From: Lingula anatina
Lineage: Eukaryota; Animalia; Brachiopoda
Direction: 5' to 3'
Length of the DNA: 64,000 nucleotides
NCBI GenBank assembly: GCA_051362555.1
Contig: CM120649.1
Span: 9,176,001 to 9,240,000, forward strand
Part shown: piece by piece, positions 25,236 through 36,370 of the stretch
How the letters are laid out: the number at the start of each line of letters is the position of its first letter
Position numbering within the stretch: the stretch's first letter is position 1
Made by a program: the position numbers and the translations under genes
The notes under the pieces: model-generated
Told to the model about the DNA's origin: nothing
What the model saw: only the letters and a program-made list of their open reading frames with translations
Database searches by the model: none

Positions 25236-28200
25236 CGGTTAAAAGCACGAAAAAACGAAAAGGCTGTCGGTACACTGTCAAATTCTGTTAAACAAAATTC
25301 TATTTTTATTTCGGCACAAAACTGTAGAATAGACACATTGGTAGATACAGGTGCTTCTGTTTCATGTATATCAAAAGACGTTTTGCATAAAATGGGTATT
25401 TCACTATCTCAGTTAGCTCCGCCTTCTCATTTGAAAACGATTATAGGCGTAGGTGGTGTATCCCAAAATATTTTAGGTGTGTTACGTGTCCAATTTTACA
25501 TTGGCAAAGCAAAATTTACTCACAATTTTCAAGTTATACCAAAACTCACTCGTCCTGCTATTTTGGGCCTTGATTTCCTCCATAATCATGGAGCCACTCT
25601 CAATTTGTCCACCCAGGAATTGATCTTGCGTAACCCCGACATTACAGTCCCCTTTACCGTTTCTGACCAATTGGGCCTCGCACGCAATACATCCACTGTC
25701 ACCATTGCGCCCCACACGGAACAATTAGTACGTGTGCATGTCTCTCGCGTTCACCTAAAATCCCAAGTGTCAACTCTTGTTTTATTGGAACCGACCAACA
25801 TTGTTTCTACGTTATTAGGCGCATCTTCAGTGAATGCTTTGTCAACGCGATATTGCTTTTACCGTATGGCAAATGTGACTCCTAATGCTATCACAATACG
25901 TCGCAATACTATTTTGGCCAAAGCGTCCCGTATTGATTCATCTATGGTAAATCAAATTGATTTCACTTCCAGCCCCGCCCCTCCAATCCCTCCTGCTTCC
26001 CCTCAAAACAAGCAAGCGGCTCTCTCTCTCGGCATTCCCTTTGATCTCACTCATCTTTCTCAAAATCAGCAGAATCAACTGTTATGTCTTATTGGTAGCA
26101 ACAAAGACATTTTTGCCTCAGATTTATCTGAAATTGGTCACGTTCCCCTCTACAAACATACTATTGAAACAGATGGGCATCCTCCGATTGCGCAACGATT
26201 TTATAGGGCCAGTCCTCAAGCCAAAGCAGAGATTGATCGTCAGATAGATAAGATGCTACGGCACGATATCATAGAACCATCTACTTCACCTTGGAGTAGC
26301 CCCGTGGTCCTAGTGAAAAAGAAACAGGGTGATTTTCGATTTGCTATTGATTATCGGAAATTGAATGCCGTTACCAAAACAATCAGCTTCCCCCTCCCTC
26401 GTTTAGAGGACATTTTTGACTCTGTTGCCGACTCCAAAGCTACCTACTTTTCCCTTATGGACATCAATACAGCTTTTTGGACGGTAGGTTTGTCTGACGA
26501 TTCAAAGGAAAAATCAGCTTTTGTTACGCATAGTGGTCAATATCAGTTCAAACGTATGGCGTTTGGTTTGAAAAATGCTCCTTCTTCGTATCAGTACCTT
26601 TTGAGCAACTTATTTCGGCACCTAAATTGGAAATCAGTCATCATTTACATCGATGACATCCTGTCATACTCAAAAACATTCGAGGAACACCTTTTGCACC
26701 TCCAAGAAGTCTTCCATATTCTTCGTCAGGCGAATCTCAAATTAAAACCATCCAAATGCACATTTGCCATGCCTAAAGTACTTTATCTCGGTCATTACGT
26801 TTCAAAACAAGGAATTGAAGTTGACCCCTCCAAAACGGAAGCTGTGAAAACTTTCCCACAACCCAAAAATGTCAAGCAAGTGCGTAGTTTTCTTGGTCTC
26901 TGTAATTGGTACAGACGATTTATCAAAGGCTTCAGCACTATTGCAAAACCTCTCAATGCATTGTTGCAAAAAGATGTGAAATTTCAATGGTCAGAGGAGT
27001 GTGAAACAGCATTCACCACACTCAAGCATAGGCTTATTAACCCGCCTATTCTGAAGTTCCCCGACATGTCCAAACCTTTCATCCTAACGACTGATGCGTC
27101 AGGTCACGCTCTTGGTTACATATTAGGGCAATTAGATGATTCAGGAAGGGAAACGGTCATATGCTATGGTGGCCGCTCATTAACTCCAGCTGAGAAACTG
27201 TACCCAATTACGCAACTTGAATGCTTAGCTGTGCTTGAAGGAGTGAGAACGTATCAAACGTATCTACTGAATCAGCCATTCGTCATTTACACAGATCATC
27301 AGGCTTTGAAATGGCTGAAACAAGTTAAGCATACTACCCCTCGTTTGATTAGATGGGCCTTAGCTTTACAAGAGTATGATTACACAATTCATCATCGCCC
27401 TGGTGACAAAAATCCCGCTGACGCTTTGTCCCGCCGAGATTATGATGCCCCAGTCCCCAAAGTCACCGATGATGATTCCCCGTTGCTAGGGAAAGCCAAA
27501 GATGAAAACGAGGCGCCCGTGCGCACCATAGTTGAGCAACCTCCAATTCCGTCATCTACTGTTCATATCCTTACTGAGATCATTAGTGAAACACAACCTG
27601 ATGTTTTCTCCGCTATTAGTCACTCAGACAAAGATAGTTTATCTCAATTAGCCCTTGCTCAAAGACAATGCGCTGATTTTCAACACATAATCAGTTACCT
27701 TGAGACAGACACGCTACCTAGCGATCCCAAATTGGCGAGGAAAACGGTCTATGAGTCTGACCAGTACATAATGGATGGTGATCTCCTGTTCCATATTTAT
27801 CAACCTCGATCAAAGAACGCTAGTTTGGCAGACAAGAAAATTATACGCCAATTAGCGGTGCCTACACCTTACAGGGATGATGTTTTACACGCATATCATG
27901 ATAGCTTAGCAGCAGGTGCTCATTTTGCCTTTGATAGGAGTTATGAGTTGATCAGGCACAGATTCTACTGGCCTCGCATGTACTCTGAAATTATGCAATA
28001 TGTCAAAACATGTGAACCCTGTCAAAAGGCGAAACGTCATCACGGTCAACGGCCTGCTCCGTTACAACCCCTTCCCATTGTAGGTGTGTGGGACAGACTA
28101 CATATGGACATACTGGGTCCCTTACCTAAATCGACAGAAGGTTACAAGTATATTCTTTTAGTGGTCTGTTCTTTCTCAGCTTGGCCAGAAGCGTTCCCTC

Positions 28201-29213
28201 TCAGAACTCAAACTGCTGAGGAAATAGCTCACGTTTTGTACTCTGAAATCTTTTGTCGTTTTGGAGCGCCCCGAGTGATTGTGTCCGATAGAGGTCGGAA
28301 TTTTACGTCCCTGTTGATCCAGACATTGAGTGACCTGTTTCATGTCAAACGTTCACTAACCTCAGCCTATCACCCGGCCTCAAACGCAGTCGTTGAAAGA
28401 AACAATCAATCCATTGCGCAATCCCTTAGAATTTATTGCAATGAAGCCCAGGATAACTGGCCTTCCATTCTTCCAGGAGTTATGATGGCTCTCAGAGCAA
28501 CGCCAGCTACAGAATCGACCGAGTTTTCCCCTTTTCATTTAATGTTTGGGAGAGAAATGAACACCCCCCTTGAGTCCATTCTGAAACCCCCGGATCACTT
28601 GCCTTCCTCCGTAGAAGATTACATTGACAATATTCAAAGAAATTTGGAAACAGCACGAAAGATAGCCCACGACAATAGATTACGCGCACAAGGAAAATAC
28701 ACGCGTAATTTTGACCGCACAGCAAATCCGCCCCCTTTCCATATAGGTGACAGAGTATTGTTGAAGTGGTCACGTGTCAAACCGGGAAAGAGCCCCAAAT
28801 TGACTTCAAAATTTGTTGGACCTTACTACATAACAGACAGAGTGTCTAGTTATACATTTTTGTTGCGTGACTGCAAAAATAACAAAGCGCACCCGTCACC
28901 CATTCATGCCAATCGGTTGAAATTGTACAAAGATCCACAAGATCGCCCCTTGAGACCACAGCAGCCGTTACCCATTCCCAATCAGGCTGACCCTGCCCCG
29001 GCACCACCGGCTGATGAGCCACCCCCAGTGCCCGATGAATGGTTCGATGTTGAAAAGCTACTGAAGTGTAAAAACATACGCGGCGTCAAACATTACTTAG
29101 TGAAGTGGAAAGGATATACCCCAACTTGGGAGCCCCACTTTAACGTTGCGCCTTCCTTGATCAGAGAATTCCATATCCATAAAACCCTCAGTGGGAAAAG
29201 TCGCAAAAGATAA
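25236..29213 (+). CDS. pol: Pol polyprotein: aspartic protease, RT, RNase H, integrase, chromodomain; open from the gag stop in the same frame
   Basis: LVDTGA protease; YIDD RT; TTDAS RNase H; HHCC zinc finger and D-D-E (HMDILGP, SDRGRNF, VERNN); GPY; C-terminal WFDVEKLL...YLVKWKGY..TWEP. No internal stops. Confidence 0.96.
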   Translation, partial: RLKARKNEKAVGTLSNSVKQNSIFISAQNCRIDTLVDTGASVSCISKDVLHKMGISLSQLAPPSHLKTIIGVGGVSQNILGVLRVQFYIGKAKFTHNFQVIPKLTRPAILGLDFLHNHGATLNLSTQELILRNPDITVPFTVSDQLGLARNTSTVTIAPHTEQLVRVHVSRVHLKSQVSTLVLLEPTNIVSTLLGASSVNALSTRYCFYRMANVTPNAITIRRNTILAKASRIDSSMVNQIDFTSSPAPPIPPASPQNKQAALSLGIPFDLTHLSQNQQNQLLCLIGSNKDIFASDLSEIGHVPLYKHTIETDGHPPIAQRFYRASPQAKAEIDRQIDKMLRHDIIEPSTSPWSSPVVLVKKKQGDFRFAIDYRKLNAVTKTISFPLPRLEDIFDSVADSKATYFSLMDINTAFWTVGLSDDSKEKSAFVTHSGQYQFKRMAFGLKNAPSSYQYLLSNLFRHLNWKSVIIYIDDILSYSKTFEEHLLHLQEVFHILRQANLKLKPSKCTFAMPKVLYLGHYVSKQGIEVDPSKTEAVKTFPQPKNVKQVRSFLGLCNWYRRFIKGFSTIAKPLNALLQKDVKFQWSEECETAFTTLKHRLINPPILKFPDMSKPFILTTDASGHALGYILGQLDDSGRETVICYGGRSLTPAEKLYPITQLECLAVLEGVRTYQTYLLNQPFVIYTDHQALKWLKQVKHTTPRLIRWALALQEYDYTIHHRPGDKNPADALSRRDYDAPVPKVTDDDSPLLGKAKDENEAPVRTIVEQPPIPSSTVHILTEIISETQPDVFSAISHSDKDSLSQLALAQRQCADFQHIISYLETDTLPSDPKLARKTVYESDQYIMDGDLLFHIYQPRSKNASLADKKIIRQLAVPTPYRDDVLHAYHDSLAAGAHFAFDRSYELIRHRFYWPRMYSEIMQYVKTCEPCQKAKRHHGQRPAPLQPLPIVGVWDRLHMDILGPLPKSTEGYKYILLVVCSFSAWPEAFPLRTQTAEEIAHVLYSEIFCRFGAPRVIVSDRGRNFTSLLIQTLSDLFHVKRSLTSAYHPASNAVVERNNQSIAQSLRIYCNEAQDNWPSILPGVMMALRATPATESTEFSPFHLMFGREMNTPLESILKPPDHLPSSVEDYIDNIQRNLETARKIAHDNRLRAQGKYTRNFDRTANPPPFHIGDRVLLKWSRVKPGKSPKLTSKFVGPYYITDRVSSYTFLLRDCKNNKAHPSPIHANRLKLYKDPQDRPLRPQQPLPIPNQADPAPAPPADEPPPVPDEWFDVEKLLKCKNIRGVKHYLVKWKGYTPTWEPHFNVAPSLIREFHIHKTLSGKSRKR

Positions 29214-29728
29214 GTCCCTTCATTAGGCATGGTTATTATTCTACGTAGACCTATTTCGAGTTTAACGGTCCCAGCTATTTCAATGTGATATTTTAAACCT
29301 GTTATATCATGGTTTATTCTACCCCTACTGATTTTCCTGGTCATACGGTAATCAGCGGTACGTCACGAACTTATTATAGCAGTGATTAAGAAACAATTGC
29401 CGTCCCTTTAGCATCTATTCCACATGCTATGTATTCTTATGAAAATTGCGATAAAGTTTGATTAGACAAGTACTTCAAAGATTAATGTTACAGTTTCGCG
29501 CTCATGCACCTTAAACACGTATTTGCGACATGAAGATAACAGTTCGGGCGCTCGAGATTCTCCGTGCGTTCGGTGACACGCACACATGTTCATAGTAATT
29601 ATCAGTACCAAATTCGAAATTAGATGATTTACATACTAGTGGGCCCACATGAGGGATTCCTAGCGTCATCCGTTTCATCTGAGCCGGCTACTCTACTTTC
29701 TACTAACACGCACTTATCTCTTCAAAAG

Positions 29729-30010
29729 ATGAAACTGATGCACGCATGAGAGTCACCTCACAGTATGTACCATCGAAACCTCTGTCTAGGTTTAAGTTAC
29801 TGCCGAAGATTTGCATAGTCAGCTTGTTGATGATGATGATACCCGTTACGAAAGCGTTATACCATGAAGATAAAGTTATCCACCGCGTTAATTACGGTAC
29901 CATATGTATTTACACCTATAGGGAAGATATTGCCTTCCGCTGAATTTTGGTCTCATACGTATGAATTAACCATGCCTGATTTTACCGTAAAGAGTCTCCC
30001 AACTTTCTTT
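29729..30010 (+). pseudogene. Frameshifted, truncated env-like ORF remnant
   Basis: Signal-peptide-like KICIVSLLMMMIPVTKA, then HRVNYGTI / frameshift / FTPIGKILPSAEFWSHTYEL. Preceded by TACTAAC, a pyrimidine tract and AG. Lies between pol and the 3' LTR. Confidence 0.6.
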
Positions 30011-30600
30011 GTCCCTTTTAAAGTCATTGGGTATAACTATTTCCTATATAAATTGCGGATTGAAGCACTTGATATTCTTGTTTAGGTAACTTCTTGCCTT
30101 CAGTCTTCACGTTTTTCGTGCTTTTTAATGATTAATAATTTAATAATTTAATGATTTAGTACTATATCAAAGACATATTTATTGTAGGGGCAAAGTTTAT
30201 TCTGCGACATATAACAACCTTATTTCATGCCTATTCCTTAACTCTTTGGATATAGTATTTTACCGGTTAAATGCATTTTTCGTTATGAACTTACTTGATG
30301 TTTATTTCTAGTGTTTATTGTGTCACTCTTTATTAATGCATATTAATGTATACTGGTTTAATGGACTTTACTTAGCTATAAATATGTATATGAGATGTCC
30401 TTATTTTTAATCACGTCTATTTTCCATTACTATCTTTTATGATGCCGCACTCCTGAACGTGATTCTTTATTTGATGGTCATTTGTCCACGCCAGGAATCT
30501 CCAACTGTTATCAACTTAACCACTTTTGTTGTGTTTCTTTACTTATAGTTTTTAAGTGTTTTCTAGTGTTTTTGTTTTGGCCGGAGGCCAAACTTCTCGC

Positions 30601-30610
30601 GGACGGAAGG
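30601..30610 (+). promoter_or_regulatory. Polypurine tract
   Basis: GGACGGAAGG, 3 nt before the 3' LTR. Confidence 0.65.
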
Positions 30611-30613
30611 TCA

Positions 30614-31265
30614 TATAACACGGTAGTGTTATACAATTTGTCTCTGCCTTTAAATCACATTTTCAATCACGGAAGAGAAACCAAAATTAGAAACAAATAT
30701 CTCAGTAGAGTAATTTATTTAAGTAATTGAAGATACACCCCTTTCAGATGACAGAAAATGGAAACCCGGTGCCGACTCTAAAATTGTAGAAATACTTTGG
30801 CCTCATTATAGTCATTTCGCTCTTTTGATCTCTTCCACCAAAAACAGTCACTACACCTGGGGAAATTTCAGTTGAGGCCATTCCCAGGTCCGAGCGTTAT
30901 GTAACCTTCCTACCCGGAGAACATATCCGTGTTCAGGGCTACTATGAAATGTAATATAGTCCCTGTATTTAGTTTTCTGATACTTCCTATTAATCACGTA
31001 TGTTACCTTTAGTTCCCTTATTATTCCTATAAATTACACACATTTAGTGATAGTGATTGGACACGCAGGACTTAGAGCGATTCCCTATAAAATGAGGGCT
31101 TCTCAGTTAGTGGGAAAGAGACCCCGGGAGATCGTCGTGACTGTCCCTGCCTGCGTGCCAGATTGTAGCCCGTCAGCAAATAAAGATCTTCATGAGCTAC
31201 CATTGATGTCTTCGGTGTTTTCAAGTTTGCTACCCGCTCAGGATTAAGTAACCAGCCGGGTTACA
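30614..31265 (+). repeat. 3' LTR
   Basis: 652 bp; no differences from the 5' LTR seen by eye. Confidence 0.96.
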
Positions 31266-33062
31266 TATGGATAAAGTGAAATAGGCAGCAACCAGTAAGA
31301 ACGTTTTGAACTTCATCACAGCGTCATGGGATATTTCGCGCCATTAATTGACCTCCTATATTTGCAAACATGAAACGTGCGTTTTATAACATATATCCCA
31401 CTGAGTCAGAGAGCCATTGAGGAGAGGAAGACTTAGTACAAGATGTTCTCGCTCCCGGACACCTGAGCTAATCTAAACACTATCTCGTTTAATGGTTCCT
31501 AGAGTTAATTGCTGTATGCTGACAAAACCTACGTGTGTTTAAACGAATGTACGTCGAATTTTAAATTTCTGTTTTAAATTACTCGAATATTCATCGTGAT
31601 TCCTATTGGAAATTCCCTGAAGTTCCAGTGCACTGAGAAGTGTTGCCAAGTATATTGTATCAGGTAAATCATGCGATTATGCACACAGGCAGCGAGGCCT
31701 CTTGGTGAAATTTCACGATGATTAGCAATCTTATTGACGATACTTTCGAATTCTGTCAATGCGTGATGGGATATTTGTGTAGGGCGGATATACATTCAAG
31801 CAGAACGGTTTACCAGCAAAAGGTCGCACATCAAAACCATCCTAGCAGCCGTCACTGCAGAGACAGATCCATAAAGAGAACGAGGATAAAATAACAAAAT
31901 CGAACACTTTCGATTTACATGGAATGAGCTTAGACAGCTGACTAAATTAAAAACGAGTGGACCCCGCTTCACATCTTTATCAACCAGTAATCAACAGATC
32001 CCTTGATAATCTCTTTACCCTCACTGACATGTTGTCCGGAACCGCGCAAATTTTAGATATGAATGTAATTTAGAAATGGGCTCGTTATACGGACACCGTT
32101 GGAAACTTTTAGTTCGGATAACGCGTTAATATTACATACCAGGTTCGTGGTCAAAATAGTTACGTGTAAATCGCTATGAGGAAATCCAACACTGACAACG
32201 ATAACCAGTTTCAATCATTTAATGTTCACTCGTTGCTTGCTCAGGTACATTCTGATGATATGTTGAATATTACACCCTATAGTATCTAACCAAGACAATG
32301 GCTTCATGAACTTCCTAATCAATAGCTTCTTAATCAGAATAGTAAACAAGCCTACTCTGCCTCTTTACACTTTACCTAACGTATTATGAGGAGTTAAGCC
32401 TACAGTAAAAAGTTATTACGGAAATTGCCTGTGAATTATTTGATGTCTCCGACAATGTGAATAAAAGCTGAAGACTTACCGGTATATCATAATATTTACA
32501 ACGCAACAGATATTGTGCAACCTCTACACAATCGTGCTGCCTTCATGTCATGTTGTATCACTTCAAGTTGACATTGGTCTGTCAGTAGTGATTACTTGTT
32601 AAACTGCCTTACCAAAGGACAGCTGAAAACGCACTGAAAGCTCAAATTAGAGTGCAGATGAATGTCGATCTAATCGCAAAGCAGGTCGTTATCTTGACTG
32701 AGATTTTTTAGTATATCCAATCATTTTTCAGAGTGATGTGTACTAGAAACGCCCAGTCATTTCTGGGTTAACTATGAGGCATGTTACATGCTACAGAGGC
32801 ATATGGGTTTTATTATCTAATATTCATTGTTGTTAAAAAATTGCTAGATGCCTTGATGCCATATTTCACAACAGAAGAAATTATTCCCCTGTGCAATCTT
32901 ACAGTAGAATCCAAATACTTAATATACGGCTATATACTCGTACAGCGTATGCATAGACGTTCCCTTTGAACGCAGGCTTGCTGTATGGTTTTACAATATT
33001 GATTTGCTTCCTTCCTTAATGCAAAATGAGAATATTTTACGTGTATTTTTTTCTTTCTTTAG

Positions 33063-35328
33063 AACCAAATTGGCCAGACACCGTGGGGAGTATATATGTT
33101 TATCTCCTACAAAGCATCCCTCGTGGATTACTTTATAAAGGATCTCGAGGAGGGAAAGCTGATGTTCCAGAAATGCGGTGGTGAAATCACGTGTATATCA
33201 CGAGAGGTATAACAAAGCACTCTCAAAATCAGCAGTTCTTACAGTCGCAGTATCGCATAATATGCTTTATAGAAATGAAAAAAAAAAAAGAAGACGGACC
33301 TTTAAAATCATCGTTTTGGATTCTATCAGTTGTCATGTTGATTTGCACCTCAGTGAATGATCTATATGTTTCATAAATTGTTACCAAAATTAAAAAACAT
33401 CAACATTGATTTCAAGCTGTTATTCACTGCTGTGATCCGGACCGCCACATATTTCAGGTTCTCAATACTTTCTTTCACTTGCTTTAATTGTCCACCGTAA
33501 AATTTAAGTCCCTAGGTCAAGAAGAAAAAAGATAAATTCTGACATTTATAACAGGGAAGGAGGAATCTCTTCATTTCAGCTCCATGAAATTGAAGGCAAG
33601 TGGAAACGTGACATGGTGATAGCCGTGCTATGGTTTCCGGACGTCGCACGTGCCCAGAAATGGCTGATAAATGACCCGATCGCGCAGAGTCCTGACTGGC
33701 TGGAAGGTGCAGAAATAGTAGTACTGCCGATTGCAAAGGAACCGCCCTCAGGTTTGTGCCACTATTTATGCAATGGTGCTTGGTTGCTGTGACCTATTTT
33801 CAGTGGTAATAGAATGTCTTTTTGTTCTCTTAAGTAAGCCTAAGTAGGCCTATGTAGTTGTTCCGTGGACAGTTATTTTCGTAAGAGCCGGTATTTACAA
33901 CTTTTACAACATGTAAAGATTGTCTTCATTGCTGAACTAAAAAATCACACAAAATTGTTCAAGAGCGTATTGACATATTTTCCTTGTGATTGTAAACAGA
34001 AACTACATATTGGCCGTTTCAACATTTTACAGAGAAAAAGATGTTCCTTTTCATCGACCTAGAGATTCATGACGCAGCAAAATTTCATCAGTATATGGAG
34101 ACGCTGCAGCCGAGTCTAGAGGACGTGGGCTGCACTCCCACCGTGGTGGTCACTCCTACCCCGGTCAACTCTCGTGGTGACCAATGGGTCCCGCGGTTTG
34201 TAGTGGTCCATCAGTGGGACAACATGGAAAACTTCAACAATTTCTACAATTCTGGTATGTTATACCGTAACAGTTGTTACACCACAGCTATGACCTTACG
34301 ACTGAATGATTTCTGCTAAACAAAATATTAATATGAAACTTCAAGTATGACGTTGTTATAGCAACATTTCTTTTTATAATAACAATCACGCGTGCTTTTA
34401 CGTTATCAACCTTAGTTACCATTCCGTGTCATAAAGATAATGCAGTAGGTATGAGGTTCACAACTTGATTTGTTTTTCATTGTTACTCGCAAAATGAAAA
34501 ATCAAGGTCTAATGAAACTAGCATCACTCATTTCGCACAATTACATCAACAAATAATAAAATTAGAAAAAAATAATGAAATAATAATAATAATAAGTTTA
34601 TAAAAACATAGCAAACAAAAGGTTAAAACTTTACAGATAAATGAAGGGTATACAATAAAATCAAAATGAGTTCCAAAGTAAAACACAGACCTCTAAAAAT
34701 TAGATAAAGAAAACGGATAAAGGTGTTTTTGAAACGTTCTGTCCTGATTTTTGGTACATTGAAATTAGACTGTTATGTCCTAGCTTTATGTAAGTTTTGG
34801 AGCATGGAGCATAAGAGGTAACTTTGCTTGTCCTTGTCGTTCTTTATTTCCTTGAAGAAAGATTTGCAGAGTTCCATGTGTGAGTTCTCTCGACTGAATA
34901 GAATCTATTATTTTGCATTGGGGTGTGCAATAAATATGAAATGATGATGATGATGATGATGACAAAAAGAAGAAGTATACATATTTATACACATCGTAGT
35001 TGTTATTATAGCTGTTTACCTTTTTTCAAATTGAAGATATTACTAAATTTTACAATTATTGATGAAAAAGGACAAGGCAATAACTCAGTTGGAAATTTAA
35101 ATAGCTAGTCTTTTATCATACATGACATGTTGTTTCTTTCCAACATCAATTATCCTAAGTTTCAAATGTACTGTTAGACGTTAAGGCTGTCTCTTCGTCT
35201 ACATAGAATATCTCACTTTTCCAGAAGAATATCGACCATTAAAAGACCTAAGACACAGCTGCGCACAGAGCAACATGGTTTTATTCTCCAACGACGTGTC
35301 CATAGCAACGCAGGCCTCGCCATCGTGA
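33063..35328 (+). CDS. Tandem DUF1330-like domain protein, copy 2 (first coding exon not located)
   Basis: Exons 33063-33206, 33580-33751, 34033-34254, 35225-35328. Same intron positions and phases as copy 1. Homologous peptides (GVYMFISY, LWFPD..A.KWL..D....PDWL, VVVHQWDNMENFNNFYNS-EEYRPLKDLRHSC). Confidence 0.8.
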
Positions 35329-35860
35329 CCTCTCTTCGAAATTCTAGCCGTATTTATCAGACGTATTTATCAGGTTGCGCGCTGAACGAAGATAATGTAA
35401 GAGACTTCTAATGGGCAGGAAGAAAGATAAATGTTAATACTTTATAAAGATATAAATATGAAAATCTTTTCTTAAAAAATCTATGGAGATTGTGGTTGTT
35501 CACCTGCAACCCCCCCAGGTTGCCGACACACACGCCATCGCGCAGGTGGCCTTTAACAAGCACATGCTGACGCTAATTGTGTTTGAATTTTGTGACATTT
35601 GGTGGAGTCTTTTTAATGTTATGGTCATTTTTACCCATGTGAAAATCACTGTGAAACGTCAGATTTCCGAAATTTGAGGGTGTGCATACTTTGAATTTAA
35701 ATAAATGGTATAAAATACGAATATCTTCATTGGTGTTTTAGCTTTTTCTGTAACATAAGTCACGTTAGAGATGGTATCTAAAATAAAGAAGTTTGTAAAA
35801 ACACATGAAATTAAAAGTGGGACATCCTTTTTGACCAAGTGTTTATTGAGGAAAGTACTG

Positions 35861-35864
<4 letters not shown>

Positions 35865-35902
<38 letters not shown>
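35865..35902. repeat. (TAA)n microsatellite
   Basis: Seen directly. Confidence 0.95.
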
Positions 35903-35904
<2 letters not shown>

Positions 35905-36261
35905 TTTATTTAAAAAGGGTAAAACATGTTAAATGTACGTACCTGTCTTCCACATGGACCTTTTAGAGGAGTTAGAATAAATTGTACTATAATAAATGTT
36001 TTTAAAAAGTAAAAATAAATAAATAAAACAATTATAATAATGAAGTTAATTTTAAATAAAAATAAATTTATTAAAAACATTGTGTTAGTAAAAAAAACTA
36101 AAAACTACATAACGTAATAAGTATATCCATGAAATCTACTTTTGAATTTTTAATATAATTCTTAAAGTATCCAAGTCTTCGTAGATTTTAACTTCAGAGG
36201 TAAGACAGTTTTATATATCAATCGAAGTCCAATGATGAACCTTTTGATAGTATGTCTTTTT

Positions 36262-36370
36262 GGGACCATTCCCTCAGATACTTGGATTGATCTTTCTCCC
36301 TGGAGAGTCTCACTAAATTGCTATCAACTTAACAGGCTTAAATGTCTGTCACACCTAGTAAAGCTGTAAT
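36262..36370. mobile_element. One-arm fragment of the palindromic MITE found at 48214-48476
   Basis: gaccattccc...tctcactaaattgctatcaacttaacaggcttaaatgtctgtcac resembles the left arm at 48219-48330. Confidence 0.6.

Larger units (their letters stand above)
23268..31265 (+). mobile_element. Full-length Ty3/Gypsy LTR retrotransposon with chromodomain integrase and env-like remnant
   Basis: Two 652-bp LTRs, identical by eye. 4-bp TSD TATG at 23264-23267 and 31266-31269. PBS, gag, pol in PR-RT-RH-IN order, PPT. Confidence 0.97.
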
